Shown: positions 57,723 through 57,788 of the stretch, piece after piece
Layout of the letters: each line of letters opens with the position of its first letter
Numbering within the stretch: position 1 is the first letter of the stretch
DNA from: Sphingomonas sp.
Lineage (GTDB): Bacteria > Pseudomonadota > Alphaproteobacteria > Sphingomonadales > Sphingomonadaceae
DNA: 57,788 nucleotides
Reading direction: 5' to 3'
Assembly: GCA_040508955.1 (NCBI GenBank)
Contig: JBEVLV010000191.1
Span: forward strand, 1-57,788
Translations under genes and position numbers: made by a program
The notes under the pieces: model-generated
Databases searched by the model: none
What the model was told of the DNA's origin: nothing
The model's input: the letters and a program-made list of their open reading frames with translations, nothing else

Positions 57723-57788
57723 TACTTATCGCCCGAGGAAGTCATAAATAGAGCGCAGAATATAATATCCTATGCTCTATTGATGTGC

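Overview
High-GC alphaproteobacterial DNA, Sphingomonas-like by gene content (inference). The left ~9.7 kb is a core block: tRNA-Leu(TAA), ihfB, rpsA, cmk, a small membrane protein, aroA, TIGR02300 and tRNA-Ala(GGC). A five-gene LysR/AhpD-like cassette is inserted between cmk and rpsA. Right of tRNA-Ala lies ~48 kb of accessory foraging genes, with no integrase or transposase visible. (1) Two ECF-sigma/FecR/TonB-receptor cell-surface-signalling modules drive phospho-hydrolases (two Tat phospholipase C paralogs, a metallophosphoesterase, PhoD). Pho-box-like repeats sit upstream of both sigma genes, and a repeated GCGGAAA-N12/13-G(G/C)CTC candidate ECF promoter precedes the targets of the second sigma. 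(2) An IclR/FucP/AKR/lactonase/Zn-dehydrogenase set resembles L-galactose catabolism and is linked to a GH31. (3) The best candidate for an undescribed system is two outward-facing ~1000-aa paralogs, each with double beta-helix domains retaining GH55-like motifs fused to an SMP-30-like propeller. They bracket a gluconate permease, a gluconokinase and a receiver-less LuxR HTH, are followed by a TonB receptor, and a CGAC-N4-GTCG palindrome precedes both paralog B and the receptor. (4) cysD-cysNC and a modular PL1-like lyase occupy the right edge. All calls come from reading motifs by eye; no database searches were run.
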